A stretch of DNA of 64,000 bases from a virus, in the IMG/VR virus record IMGVR_UViG_3300013104_000004, positions 19,484-83,483 of that record. One strand, 5' to 3'. The notes under the pieces were generated by a model. The model searched no databases, was not told the origin of the DNA, and saw only the letters and a program-made list of their open reading frames with translations. This document shows positions 54,627 through 64,000 of the stretch, piece by piece (the stretch's first letter is position 1; each line of letters starts with the position of its first letter). Both the position numbers and the translations under genes were made by a program.

Positions 54627-54854
54627 TTACGGCCGCGCGCCCCCGAAGCGCACCCAGCCCACCGGCGCCGTGGTAGGCGCCCCGTCCCACAGCCGCGCCG
54701 CCAGGTCCGCAGCCTCCACGGTGTCGAAACACCAGTAGCGCCAGGTCACCCGCGGATCGGCGATCGGCACCTCAGCCAGGCGGGCGACGCGAACCATCGG
54801 GCGCACGACCAGGTGCACCTCGCCGCGGGTCGCCACGACCCGGCCGAGCATCAC
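54627..54854 (-). CDS. hypothetical protein
   Basis: RYWCFDT...WDG....PVGWVR motif. Confidence 0.65.
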   Translation of the reverse strand: MMLGRVVATRGEVHLVVRPMVRVARLAEVPIADPRVTWRYWCFDTVEAADLAARLWDGAPTTAPVGWVRFGGARP

Positions 54855-56095
54855 GAGAAGTAGCCCTTCTTGCTCTGCCCGCCCGCCGTGATCGTGTTGG
54901 CCTGGACGTAGCGCAGCGCGTAGAGGTGGCTGGAGTAGGTGCCGCCATCGCCTGCGTCGCGCCCGTACAGCACGATGTGGCCCGTGGCGAGGGCCGCCCA
55001 CTGGACCGCGACGAGGTAGCCAACCGTCGTGAAGGTCAGGTACACGTCCTCGCCGTAGAGACCCACCTGGATCGCCCCCTGGAGGGCGTCCCCGCCAGGC
55101 GCGCGGGTCTGGATAGCCAGGCCGGCGGGCAGCGCCGACGGGCTGTGGCCTGACACGTCAACCTCGCCGAGGTGGCGGTCCGCGTACCCTCCCGGGCCAA
55201 ACGGGATCAGCGGGTGCACCTTGCCCGAGTCCGCCGCCGTCACCTTCGAGCCGACGACGCGGACGTGGCGAGTCAGCTGATCGGTCGGGCTGGTGTAGTC
55301 GCGGTAGTCGTGGTAGTCGACCTCGACGGATCCCGCCCGGACCACTACCGGCCCGACAGGGCCCGCGAGGCCCACGGGGCGCGAATCGAGCTGCTGCCAC
55401 ACCGCACCCGATCCATCCGGCCGGAAGGAGAGTCGTCCGAAGCGGTCGAACCCGTCACTCCCGCCCAAGTACCGGAACACGTGCAGCTTGCCGCCGACGT
55501 AAGCGACGGACCCCCACGCCGGGGAGGACTCGAACGGGTGGCCGGCGGCCCCGCCCTGCCGATACCGGGTGACCCACCCCCACGTCCCGATCGTGGAGAT
55601 GGCGCCGGCAGTGCTGACGCGCAGCCGACGGACCGCCACATCGAAGTTCCGGCTGACCAGGTACACGTCGCGACCCGGACCGCGCACGAGGTGGTAGATG
55701 AACATGCCCTCCCAGTCCGCCGGCTGCGCCGTGGGCTGCAACTCCATCCACGCGCCCACCTCCTTCAGCTCGACGCCGTCCCACTGCAGGACGGCGGCGG
55801 CCGGGCCGAGGTAGCCGGAGACCCGGTCATCGGTCGGCAGGCTGATAACCACCATGCCGTCACCCATGCTCAGCGTGTCGACGTTGCCACCCGCCGTCGC
55901 GGCATGGGTGAGCTCCAGGTCGAAGAGGACCTCGGCGGGGCGCTCGACGTGCACGACGCGGACGCGGGGGTGCGCGTCACCAGCGGGCGTCGCCAACACG
56001 AGGCCGACGTAGCCCTCACCGAAGTCCGCGACAGCCTCGACATCCCCCGCGGCGTCGACCGGGAAGGTGGCCTGGCCGGCCAGCTTCAGGGGCAT
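54851..56095 (-). CDS. minor tail protein (possible beta-propeller receptor-binding protein)
   Basis: end of the tail operon; beta-rich; relaxed codon usage. Confidence 0.6.
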   Translation of the reverse strand: MPLKLAGQATFPVDAAGDVEAVADFGEGYVGLVLATPAGDAHPRVRVVHVERPAEVLFDLELTHAATAGGNVDTLSMGDGMVVISLPTDDRVSGYLGPAAAVLQWDGVELKEVGAWMELQPTAQPADWEGMFIYHLVRGPGRDVYLVSRNFDVAVRRLRVSTAGAISTIGTWGWVTRYRQGGAAGHPFESSPAWGSVAYVGGKLHVFRYLGGSDGFDRFGRLSFRPDGSGAVWQQLDSRPVGLAGPVGPVVVRAGSVEVDYHDYRDYTSPTDQLTRHVRVVGSKVTAADSGKVHPLIPFGPGGYADRHLGEVDVSGHSPSALPAGLAIQTRAPGGDALQGAIQVGLYGEDVYLTFTTVGYLVAVQWAALATGHIVLYGRDAGDGGTYSSHLYALRYVQANTITAGGQSKKGYFS

Positions 56096-56910
56096 CAGCC
56101 GACCTCGACAGGCGTGGATGCGCCGAAGTCGTTCAGGGCCGACAGTGCGATCGGCCCACCGCTGGTGCTGACGGTGGCAGTGAGCACGTCGGGCCCAAGC
56201 TGCAGCGCGACGAGCGCGCCGTCCGCACCGGCGAAGGTGAGCTGGTAGCCGGTGATCGGCGCGCCCCCATCGAACGCCGGCGCGGCCCACGTCAGCGTGG
56301 ACTCGTTGCCGCTGTAGAGCGCGAGCAGCTCCGTCGTCAGGGCCGCCACCTGGCTGGCCGTCAGCGCCGCGGGGATCGAGAAGACGCGGTAGACGTCACC
56401 CTGCGGGACGCTGCTCGGGGTGGGGGCGTGCGGATCGCTGGTCGTGCCGGTCCATGCGACCTCGCTGTTGACGTACCCGACCACGGTGTCGCCGTTGCGG
56501 ACGCCGGCGATGACGAGCATGCCCGCCGGATCGAACTCCAGACTCGCCGCGCCCGGCCCGTTGCAGGAGAGCGTCCGCAGCGCCGCCGTGCTGCCCTCGT
56601 GGACCACCCAGCTCGTGGCGGCGAGGTTCGTGCCGAGGTTGGCGTCGACCGCGACCCCAACCACCACGGCCACGATCGTCTCCGGGATCACGCCCCCCGG
56701 CGTGTCGACGGTGGAGTAGGCGTTCGCTGTCAGGGAGAGACGGCGGCGACCGTTCGCCTCCACGTACACAGTCCCCTCGCCGTAGAGCTCAACGTCACCC
56801 ACCGAGAACGGCGAAGCCAGGCTCGTGCCGTCCGCGTCGGCCATCAGGGCAGGGTTGACGTCCCACGCGATCGTGGGGGCGTTCACCAACGGCTTGTCGG
56901 TCCAGGTCAT
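56095..56910 (-). CDS. minor tail protein, LamG-like plus partial FN3
   Basis: IAGVRNGDTVVGYVN...ALTASQVAAL; TLTWAAPAFDGGAPITGY. Confidence 0.7.
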   Translation of the reverse strand: MTWTDKPLVNAPTIAWDVNPALMADADGTSLASPFSVGDVELYGEGTVYVEANGRRRLSLTANAYSTVDTPGGVIPETIVAVVVGVAVDANLGTNLAATSWVVHEGSTAALRTLSCNGPGAASLEFDPAGMLVIAGVRNGDTVVGYVNSEVAWTGTTSDPHAPTPSSVPQGDVYRVFSIPAALTASQVAALTTELLALYSGNESTLTWAAPAFDGGAPITGYQLTFAGADGALVALQLGPDVLTATVSTSGGPIALSALNDFGASTPVEVG

Positions 56911-56911
56911 C

Positions 56912-58093
56912 TCAGCTCACCGTCACAGTCGTTGGAGGGGTCGGAGGTCCAGGCAGGACGGTCGGCGCAGTGACCAGCGCGCCCGCATCGTCGACGGACA
57001 GCACGAAGCGGCCACCGGCCGGCGCCGTGAGCACCACCAGGCCGCCACCGCCGCCACCGGCCACGACCTTCCAGGCGCCCTCGATCAGGGCGTACAGCCG
57101 GCCCGCGACCAGCAGCGGGTAGCCCTCGGGGTAGCCGGCAGGCGCCGGGAGGTCCTCGGCCGAGTCGAAGACGAAGGGCGCGATCCGCATGTTCGTGTCG
57201 GTGTCGAGCGGCGCGCCGAGCGTCGTGGCGTCACCGTCGTCGCGCCAGGTCCGCACCAGGGCGCTGGCCTCGTCCCACTCGTCCGCCGTCTCCACGACCT
57301 CGTGCACGAGCGAGCTGGAGGCGTAGACGCCAGACGTCGAGGACCGGTACAGGCGCCACGACGTGACTCCCGCCAGGCTCAGGCCGTCCGGGAGGGCCAC
57401 GTCCACGCCGAACGAGGAGATCCCCGAGTTCAACAGCGTCGGCGGGGTGTTGCCCGGATCGCCGGCGCACGGGTCCGCGGGCGTGGCGCCCGTGTCCAGC
57501 AGGCTGCCCGTCGGTGCGTCAACGATCGCGATGCGCGTGTAGGCGGTGTCGGTGCCGGCCATGCGCCACACCTGGAACCCCTCCGCGCCGTCGAAGTCGG
57601 GCAGGGTGAGCGTCACGGCGCCCTCCGTGCCCGACAGGCGGATCGCGGCGACCTCACCGAGCACCGACTCCTCGACGCCGCGCAGGCCGGTCAGCGCGTA
57701 GTAGTACATGCCCGGTGCGAGATCGCCGGCCGAGTTGGTCTCGTCGACGTACGCCGCCGGCGCGCCGGGCGCGTCCAGCGGTGTCGGAGTCTCCACGGAG
57801 ACCTCGTCCGAAGCGAGGGACTCCACGCCGCCCGCGTCCACCGTGGCGAAGCGGTAGTAGTACGTCTCGCCCGCCGCCAGGCCGCCGCCGTCAGGCACGA
57901 GAGCGGCGTCAGGCGCCGCCGGGCCGGCGCTGGCCACCGAGTGCACGTGGTGGTCGTGCAGCTCCACCTGGGCCAGCAGCGTGTCCAGCAGGTCACGGTC
58001 GGCCGAGGTGTACTTCTGGGCGTTGTCACCGATGGTGCCCTGGACGCCACCGCCGAACTTGTTGAACTTGAACCTGCGCGTCAACCCAGCCAT
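56912..58093 (-). CDS. minor tail protein with FN3/Ig-like repeats
   Basis: YYYRFATVDAGGVESLAS; YYYALTGLRGVEES; FQVWR; WRLYRS. Confidence 0.75.
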   Translation of the reverse strand: MAGLTRRFKFNKFGGGVQGTIGDNAQKYTSADRDLLDTLLAQVELHDHHVHSVASAGPAAPDAALVPDGGGLAAGETYYYRFATVDAGGVESLASDEVSVETPTPLDAPGAPAAYVDETNSAGDLAPGMYYYALTGLRGVEESVLGEVAAIRLSGTEGAVTLTLPDFDGAEGFQVWRMAGTDTAYTRIAIVDAPTGSLLDTGATPADPCAGDPGNTPPTLLNSGISSFGVDVALPDGLSLAGVTSWRLYRSSTSGVYASSSLVHEVVETADEWDEASALVRTWRDDGDATTLGAPLDTDTNMRIAPFVFDSAEDLPAPAGYPEGYPLLVAGRLYALIEGAWKVVAGGGGGGLVVLTAPAGGRFVLSVDDAGALVTAPTVLPGPPTPPTTVTVS

Positions 58094-58094
58094 C

Positions 58095-58562
58095 TCAGCT
58101 CCCGAATCCAGTCGTGCGCGGCGCCAGCAGCTGCGCCTGAGTCGCGACCTCGTCGCCGAGATCCTTGTAGGCCTGCCCGAGGAACATCAGGTGGTGCTGC
58201 ACCTTCACCGCCGGGGGAGAGGCGAGCGTCCCGTTCCGTGACTCGATCTGCACCCAGAGCGAGACCCACGCGCCGGTGTAGTGGCCCTTCACGTTGCGCT
58301 TCCACTGCCAGACGCTCGCGCCGGCCGCCGGCGGCAGCCAGGGCTCATCCGGCATGTTCAAGATCGCCGACCCGGACAGCAGGGCAGGTGCCTCCGTGAA
58401 CACGACATCGAACGAGAACGCCTTCGTCTGCTTGAAGTAGCCGACGCCCGTCGAGGTCTGCCTGTGCACCGAGAACGCCAAGCGCGCCGCGTTGTCCCGC
58501 TGCGTCTCACGCCGCGCGGTGCGCGCCTCCTGCGCCTGAAGCAGGTCAAAGAACCCGAACAT
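58095..58562 (-). CDS. tail-associated hypothetical protein
   Basis: coupled within the tail operon. Confidence 0.7.
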   Translation of the reverse strand: MFGFFDLLQAQEARTARRETQRDNAARLAFSVHRQTSTGVGYFKQTKAFSFDVVFTEAPALLSGSAILNMPDEPWLPPAAGASVWQWKRNVKGHYTGAWVSLWVQIESRNGTLASPPAVKVQHHLMFLGQAYKDLGDEVATQAQLLAPRTTGFGS

Positions 58563-60868
58563 CAGATCTCCTTCCCTGCCCGCGAGAACTCGACGCCTCC
58601 CTGGAGGGCATCGACCGCCTGGAGTGTGTTCGAGGTCAGCGAGGACTTATCGAACGCCCACGCCCCGTCGGGGTCGTCGCCAAGCCAGTGGGTCTGCAGC
58701 GTGTACGTCCACTGGCCGCTGTCCGCCGAGTTCGACGAGCTGATGCCGCTCACGTAGTGGTAGTAGCCCTCCGACGTCACCTGCTCGAAGACGCGCACCT
58801 GGTCGTCGATCTGGATGGCGGGGTGCGCGGGGATGCTGAGCCGGTCCTGGCGGTAGCGGAACATCTGGCGCACGGCGATGAGGTCGGCCGTGACCGTCGC
58901 CTCCTCCACCGAGGCGAAGTGCTGGTCCGTCCAGCCACCCACCCGGCGCAACCCGGTGTCGTTCGGGTTGTAGCCCGGCACCATGGCGGCGAACTTGCCC
59001 ACCGGGTTGGCCACGAAGATGCCCTCGCGGACGTTCGTCGACTGCAGGCTCGTGCTCAGGTCGAGCAGCGTGCGGGACTCGTCGATCGTGATCGCCGCGG
59101 TGGTGCGACCTGGCTTCGACGACAGCCCGCCGATCCAGTTGCCGCGGTCCCAGATGTTCGGCAGCCGCCACTGGGCCGCCCCCGTCTCGTCGAACCAGAA
59201 GTTGAAGCCGATGGCCTCGGCGACGTAGCGCACCCCGTCCATCAGGCTCTTCTGGTCGAACGCCGACGCCGCGATCTCCTCGACGGGCGCCGTGCCCGTG
59301 GCCTGGAAGTCCCCCCACACGCGCCCCGGCACACCCTTGCCGAGCACGTGGTCCACCGTCGCCGGGGAGCACGCGCGCTTCGTCCCGTCGCTGTGCCACA
59401 GGTAGCCGCCGCGCGGCCAGTACAGCCCGGCCCACGCGCAGAACAGCTTGATGATGTCGGTGTAGTCCTCGCACCGGCCAGGGTTCGACCCGGCCGGCCC
59501 TGCCTTCAGGCCGACCTGGCTGGACTCCGTGACCGTCTTCTTCACGGTCTTCGTCGTCGGGCCCCACAGCTCGACCTCGCGGATGCCAGCGCGGTACTTC
59601 TGGCCAGGCAGGCCGAAGCTCGGCAGGTTGCCAAGCCACAGCCGGACCATCGTGACGTTCTTGCGGGTGCCGAGCTTGATGACGTGCTCGCCCTCCCCGC
59701 TCAGCCCGCCCTTGTAGGCGACGTACGGCACGCCCTCCTCGTACTTGCCGCGCCCGTCGCGGTGGTAGGGCATCGAGCGGCCATCCACCCACTCGCCGCC
59801 GACCTTCAGCGACACGAAGGCGTTGTACCCGTCCTTGACCGTGCGGAACCGAACCTCCGAGATCGTGCCCTTCACGCCGATGTCCACGTACTCGAACGCG
59901 CTGCGGTACGACGCCCTCGCGTTGCCGACGGACAGGAAGTACGTCGAGCGCTTCCCGTCGAACGCATCCTTCGAGGAGTGCCCGTAGACCTTCGCGCCCA
60001 CGTACGCGCTCTCGGGCCACAGGTCGTTGCCCGAGCCCTCGTGCCAGATCTTCAGGCGGTCCACCGCCTTGACGGTGGCCTTCTCCTTGTGGCGCTCGGC
60101 CACCGTCACCTTGTCCGACCAGTCCCTGAACGTCACCGGGTGGAAGTCGTCCGGGACCACGGGCAGCATGCTCTGGTGGTCGAGCAGCAGCCTGCCCGGG
60201 TCACGACCCGAGATGGTGATGCGCCCCAGGGCCGACAGATCGATCTTGTCGATGAGCCACAGGCCCGTCTGCAGGACCTTCGAGTCGCGCTCCGGCGGGA
60301 CGTAACCGGGCGCGCCGATGGCCACGTCATCCGGGTTGTCCGACCCCCAGCCCTCGTACGTGCGCATGAGGTTGTCAGGCATCAGCAGGCCCGTGTACGG
60401 GTTCTGGTGGTGGTCCCAGCGGGTCGAGAAGGGCGACGTGCCGCGGCCCGGGCTCAGGAAGCCCGGGTTGTCGATGCCGCGCTTGCCGCGCGCCGCGGTG
60501 ATCGACGAGGCCACGTTGTTCCAGAGCTCCACCGTCACCGAGGCCGTGTCGACGTCCGTGCTGCGCGACCACGAGACCGAGATGACGTTCGGCAGCTCCA
60601 GAGGTGCCGCCGGCGAGGTGAACAGGAAGTCGGCGTAGGTGTTCGTCACCCGCTCGCCGTGGTTCGGATCGATGCCCGTCGGGTACGGGTTGAAGGACGT
60701 CACGTCCTCCCCGTAGACCGCCGGCACCCGCTTGAACGTCGTCATCAGCTCGAAGGCGTCCAGCCGCATCTTCGGGCGCTGGAGCGTGACCCGGCGCGTC
60801 GCCTTGCGGGGGCCCGTGAAGTCCCCGTTCTGCCAGACCGTGTCGAAGTACTTCGGCACCTCGCGCAT
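58562..60868 (-). CDS. large minor tail / baseplate hub (Tal-like) protein with F5/8-type insert
   Basis: second gene after the tape measure; DAFDGKRSTYF; C-terminal IPAHPAIQIDDQV. Confidence 0.7.
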   Translation of the reverse strand: MREVPKYFDTVWQNGDFTGPRKATRRVTLQRPKMRLDAFELMTTFKRVPAVYGEDVTSFNPYPTGIDPNHGERVTNTYADFLFTSPAAPLELPNVISVSWSRSTDVDTASVTVELWNNVASSITAARGKRGIDNPGFLSPGRGTSPFSTRWDHHQNPYTGLLMPDNLMRTYEGWGSDNPDDVAIGAPGYVPPERDSKVLQTGLWLIDKIDLSALGRITISGRDPGRLLLDHQSMLPVVPDDFHPVTFRDWSDKVTVAERHKEKATVKAVDRLKIWHEGSGNDLWPESAYVGAKVYGHSSKDAFDGKRSTYFLSVGNARASYRSAFEYVDIGVKGTISEVRFRTVKDGYNAFVSLKVGGEWVDGRSMPYHRDGRGKYEEGVPYVAYKGGLSGEGEHVIKLGTRKNVTMVRLWLGNLPSFGLPGQKYRAGIREVELWGPTTKTVKKTVTESSQVGLKAGPAGSNPGRCEDYTDIIKLFCAWAGLYWPRGGYLWHSDGTKRACSPATVDHVLGKGVPGRVWGDFQATGTAPVEEIAASAFDQKSLMDGVRYVAEAIGFNFWFDETGAAQWRLPNIWDRGNWIGGLSSKPGRTTAAITIDESRTLLDLSTSLQSTNVREGIFVANPVGKFAAMVPGYNPNDTGLRRVGGWTDQHFASVEEATVTADLIAVRQMFRYRQDRLSIPAHPAIQIDDQVRVFEQVTSEGYYHYVSGISSSNSADSGQWTYTLQTHWLGDDPDGAWAFDKSSLTSNTLQAVDALQGGVEFSRAGKEI

Positions 60869-61305
60869 CAGGCCGGACCTCCGTCGCCAACAGTCGGGGC
60901 AGACACCGCGAGGACCAGCGCGGTGATCGTGTACTCGTGCGACCAGTAGCGGCCGACCTTCGCCTTGCCGTTCGGCGGCTCCGCCTTGAACGCCTTCAGC
61001 ACCACCGTCAGCCGGCGCCCGAAGTGATCCCAGACGTAGATGCGACCCGACGGGCGGTCCAGCACCCACGAGCGCAGCGCCTCGTAGTGGGCGGCGTTCT
61101 TCGTCGTGCCGGTGAACGTCCACTGCTGGGGCATCTGCGCGCCCTCCCACAGCACCACCAGACCGCCGACCGCCACCGTGCCCTGCGTCGTGATCGCCTT
61201 CTCCGGGAACGGCGAGCTCATCGCGCGCGGGTTCCACGGGAACGTGTAGGCACCTGCCGACGATGGATCCGCCGGGTCATCGAAGCGCCAGCGCAGCACG
61301 GCCAT
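60868..61305 (-). CDS. distal tail-like protein
   Basis: directly downstream of the tape measure; YTFPWNP. Confidence 0.6.
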   Translation of the reverse strand: MAVLRWRFDDPADPSSAGAYTFPWNPRAMSSPFPEKAITTQGTVAVGGLVVLWEGAQMPQQWTFTGTTKNAAHYEALRSWVLDRPSGRIYVWDHFGRRLTVVLKAFKAEPPNGKAKVGRYWSHEYTITALVLAVSAPTVGDGGPA

Positions 61306-64000
61306 CAGGACCTCCGGGTGGTGTTGGCCGTGACCACCTGCGCGCCCGTGCCGAGCGCCGTCTGGAGCCACTCGACGACGGCCTGGAAGTCGGCGCCGTT
61401 GACGGTCACGGTGTTGTTCGAGTGCGAGTAGTCGCCCGTCTGAGTCGGGGCGCCCGAGCCGACCGCGCGCCGGACCTCGTAGATGGTCGGCAGGTCGATG
61501 TCGCCGATGTTCCACTGGCCCTGCATCTGGTCGGCCGCCGCCTTCATCAGCTGATCGACCTGGTCGAGCTCCTCCTGCTGCTGACGCGTGCGGTTCGCCA
61601 CCGCCGTCAGGCGGTCGTGCTCCGACTGCAGGTAGCTCATGTACTGGGTGTGCGAGATCCGCCCCAGGTCCTCAGCCACCTGCAGGTCGGAGATGCGCTG
61701 GCTGAACGCCGCCGCCTCCTGGCGGTTACGCGCGCCCTTCACGTCGACCTTGTCCTGCGAGATGGTGTCGCGACCGTCGCCGGCCGCCTTGTCCGCAGCC
61801 AGCTTCTCCAGGGCGGCCTGCGTGTCCAGGCGCGCCTGCTCCACCGGGTCCGTCAGGTCGCTGTGCAGACGGCGCACACGGTCCGCCTGCGAGCGCTCCT
61901 GCTCGGCGAGGCTCGCCTGCGCCTGCCGCAGCGCGCCCAGGGCCGAGTAGTAGCCCTCGGTGCCCTTCAGCTGCAGGTCCAGATCCCGCTGCGCGTTCCG
62001 CACACCAACCCGCGCCTGCTCCAGGCCCGACGAGTGGCCGGCGATGCGCGCCGACGCCTTCGCGTTCGAGCGCGAGACCAGCGCCTCCTCGTACTGCTGG
62101 TTCAGCTGGTTCAGCTGCTCCAGCTGGGAGCCCTGCTGTCCGGGGGAAAGCAGGCTCATCTCTCGGCGGACGTTCGCCATCTGAGTGCGCAGGCTGCCGA
62201 GGTTGTCTCGCGGGTCCACCTTCGAGAGGGCGTTCGCGTTGGCGTTCTGGACCTGCGCCTGGGAGTACGCGTACTGCGCCTGGTTCAGGGAGGCCTTCGC
62301 GGCCCAGTACGCGCTCGACGAGTCCTTGTCGTCCCCGAGGTCCTTGGCCAGTGCGTTCAGCGCCAACCCCGCGTTGCTGACCTGCACGCCTGCCTGACCG
62401 AGCGCGTTGCCGCCGTACACGCCGGCCGTGGCCCGGTTCTGCTTGACCGCGAGGGCCTCGGCCGCCTTCTGCTGGGCGATGGAGTTCTGCTGGACGGTGT
62501 GCTGCCCGATGAACGACGTGTCCACGTTCGGGTTCAGGAGCCCGGACCACCCGAGCGCACCGCTCGTCGCGCTCGGAGTCGCAGCAGCCATGTCGGCGGC
62601 GTACTGGGACATCTGCGCTGCGAACTGCTGGTCCAGCGCCTGCTGGTCGATCGCGAGCTGACCCTTGACGTCCGCGTTGGACAGGTAGGACTTCTGCACG
62701 TCGGCCCACGACTGGATGTCCGCCAGGCGATCCTGCAGCACGGCACGCTTCGCCACGAGGATGTTCGTGTCGAGCAGCTTCAGGTCGCGAAGCTCTTCAT
62801 CAGACGCGCCCTGGCCGGACGCCGCCATCAGATTCAGGCTCTCCCGCTTGGAGTTCTCCAGGTCGGCCAGGTACGCGCGGTTGCCGATCGAATCGCTACC
62901 ACTCAGCTGGGTGACCTGGTCCCGCCTCGCACCGGCGACCGTCGGCGCGAGCTGCAGGTATGCGCCGAGGTTCTCCCGCGTCGCCTTGCCGCCGAAGCTG
63001 TCCAGCACGCCCTGGACCATGGAGTTCATGGTCAGGTTGAAGACGTCCTCGAAGCCGCCGTCGGTGATCTCCTTCCAGGCCTCCGGACCGAGCTTGTCCT
63101 TCAGGGTCGACAGCGCGCGCCTCTTGATCGCCGCGGCGTCAGACTTGTCGATGATGCCGTCGCTACCGACCTCCGTCAGAGCATCCTGCGTGGCAGACGA
63201 CAGCGCCTCGCGGACCGCGGACTCCTCGTCCGCCGACATCGTGAAAGCCTCGACGCCCTTCTTCGCCCGCTTGCCGGCCTTCGAGGTGCCGGGGCCCGGG
63301 AAGAGCGGGTTCCACTTGTAGTACTCGCTGTCCTCCTGCGCCTGGAACAGATCGCGCTGGGAGGCGATCGCCTCGACGCCCTTCTGGCCAACGGCCTGGC
63401 CAACGCCCCAGAACTCGCTCTTCTGGATGACGGCGACCGCGCCGGCGGCACCCTTCGCGGTGTCGGAGAAATCGAACATGGCCTTGTTGAGCAGCGTGAG
63501 ACGCTCGGTCGCCGAGTATCCCGACTTCTCCAGGTCCGACAGGGTCCCCGTCAGGCCGTCCGAGGTGAAGTCCTGGAACGTGTTGCTCTTGTCCGCGACC
63601 TCCAGCGACGCCTGCGCGTCGGCCATCGCCGCAGCGCGGGCTGTCGCCTGCTTGTCGATGTCGTCCAAGCGCTTCTTGTCGTCGCCCGTCAGGAGCGAGG
63701 ACATGATCGCCGGGATGAGGTTGCCGACGTCGCCGGTCTTCAGACCGCCAAGACCCTGCTCCTCCAGCCCCTTCGCCGCGTCACGCGCCTGAGCGGCGAC
63801 CTCCTTCAGGGCCTCCGCCGTGTCCGCGCTTGCCAGCGCCAGGCGCGCCGTCTCGACAGCCGCCTTCGCGTCGCCACCGAGCTCGAAGCCCTTCTTCACG
63901 AGCAGCCCTGCACCGGCCACGCCGCCGGCGACACCGAGCAGGCCCAGGTTCGTCAGGCCCGTGAAGCCACGCACACGGCCCAGCGCACCCGTCTGCGCCA
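61305..64000 (-). CDS. tape measure protein, 3' part (start lies beyond the window)
   Basis: >890 aa, Ala/Gln-rich and helical; followed by tail genes. Confidence 0.8.
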   Translation of the reverse strand, partial: AQTGALGRVRGFTGLTNLGLLGVAGGVAGAGLLVKKGFELGGDAKAAVETARLALASADTAEALKEVAAQARDAAKGLEEQGLGGLKTGDVGNLIPAIMSSLLTGDDKKRLDDIDKQATARAAAMADAQASLEVADKSNTFQDFTSDGLTGTLSDLEKSGYSATERLTLLNKAMFDFSDTAKGAAGAVAVIQKSEFWGVGQAVGQKGVEAIASQRDLFQAQEDSEYYKWNPLFPGPGTSKAGKRAKKGVEAFTMSADEESAVREALSSATQDALTEVGSDGIIDKSDAAAIKRRALSTLKDKLGPEAWKEITDGGFEDVFNLTMNSMVQGVLDSFGGKATRENLGAYLQLAPTVAGARRDQVTQLSGSDSIGNRAYLADLENSKRESLNLMAASGQGASDEELRDLKLLDTNILVAKRAVLQDRLADIQSWADVQKSYLSNADVKGQLAIDQQALDQQFAAQMSQYAADMAAATPSATSGALGWSGLLNPNVDTSFIGQHTVQQNSIAQQKAAEALAVKQNRATAGVYGGNALGQAGVQVSNAGLALNALAKDLGDDKDSSSAYWAAKASLNQAQYAYSQAQVQNANANALSKVDPRDNLGSLRTQMANVRREMSLLSPGQQGSQLEQLNQLNQQYEEALVSRSNAKASARIAGHSSGLEQARVGVRNAQRDLDLQLKGTEGYYSALGALRQAQASLAEQERSQADRVRRLHSDLTDPVEQARLDTQAALEKLAADKAAGDGRDTISQDKVDVKGARNRQEAAAFSQRISDLQVAEDLGRISHTQYMSYLQSEHDRLTAVANRTRQQQEELDQVDQLMKAAADQMQGQWNIGDIDLPTIYEVRRAVGSGAPTQTGDYSHSNNTVTVNGADFQAVVEWLQTALGTGAQVVTANTTRRS

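Overview
High-GC (~70% by eye) window of a temperate actinobacteriophage. An intact attP with phage genes on both sides indicates the free, non-integrated form. Layout from left to right: possible terminase small subunit (-); a small + operon; a displaced collagen tail-fibre and lysis block (-) downstream of a FliA/WhiG-like sigma factor; a non-coding, RNA-structure-rich control region (13.6-14.4 kb and 17.2-18.7 kb); a long + early operon (ArdA, C5-methyltransferase with a nested second-frame ORF, Ku, ATP-dependent ligase, MoxR AAA plus VWA, RuvB-like); attP (tRNA-Leu 3' end), tyrosine integrase and Xis; a long - replication/nucleotide operon (Cas4-like nuclease, dNTP diphosphohydrolase fusion, AAA_24, primase-helicase, RuvC, WhiB, MazG); and tail genes up to a partial tape measure (-). 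The most striking unexplained features are: a ~470-nt highly structured RNA with a long-range closing helix and an embedded perfect Shine-Dalgarno; repeated co-varying two-hairpin (put-like) elements; an rrn-type boxA with a downstream structured RNA; a candidate phage-sigma promoter motif (GTCGAT); a dispersed 14-bp palindromic operator; and a 1.3-kb TCGA-free island. All calls were made by eye from motifs. No database searches were run.
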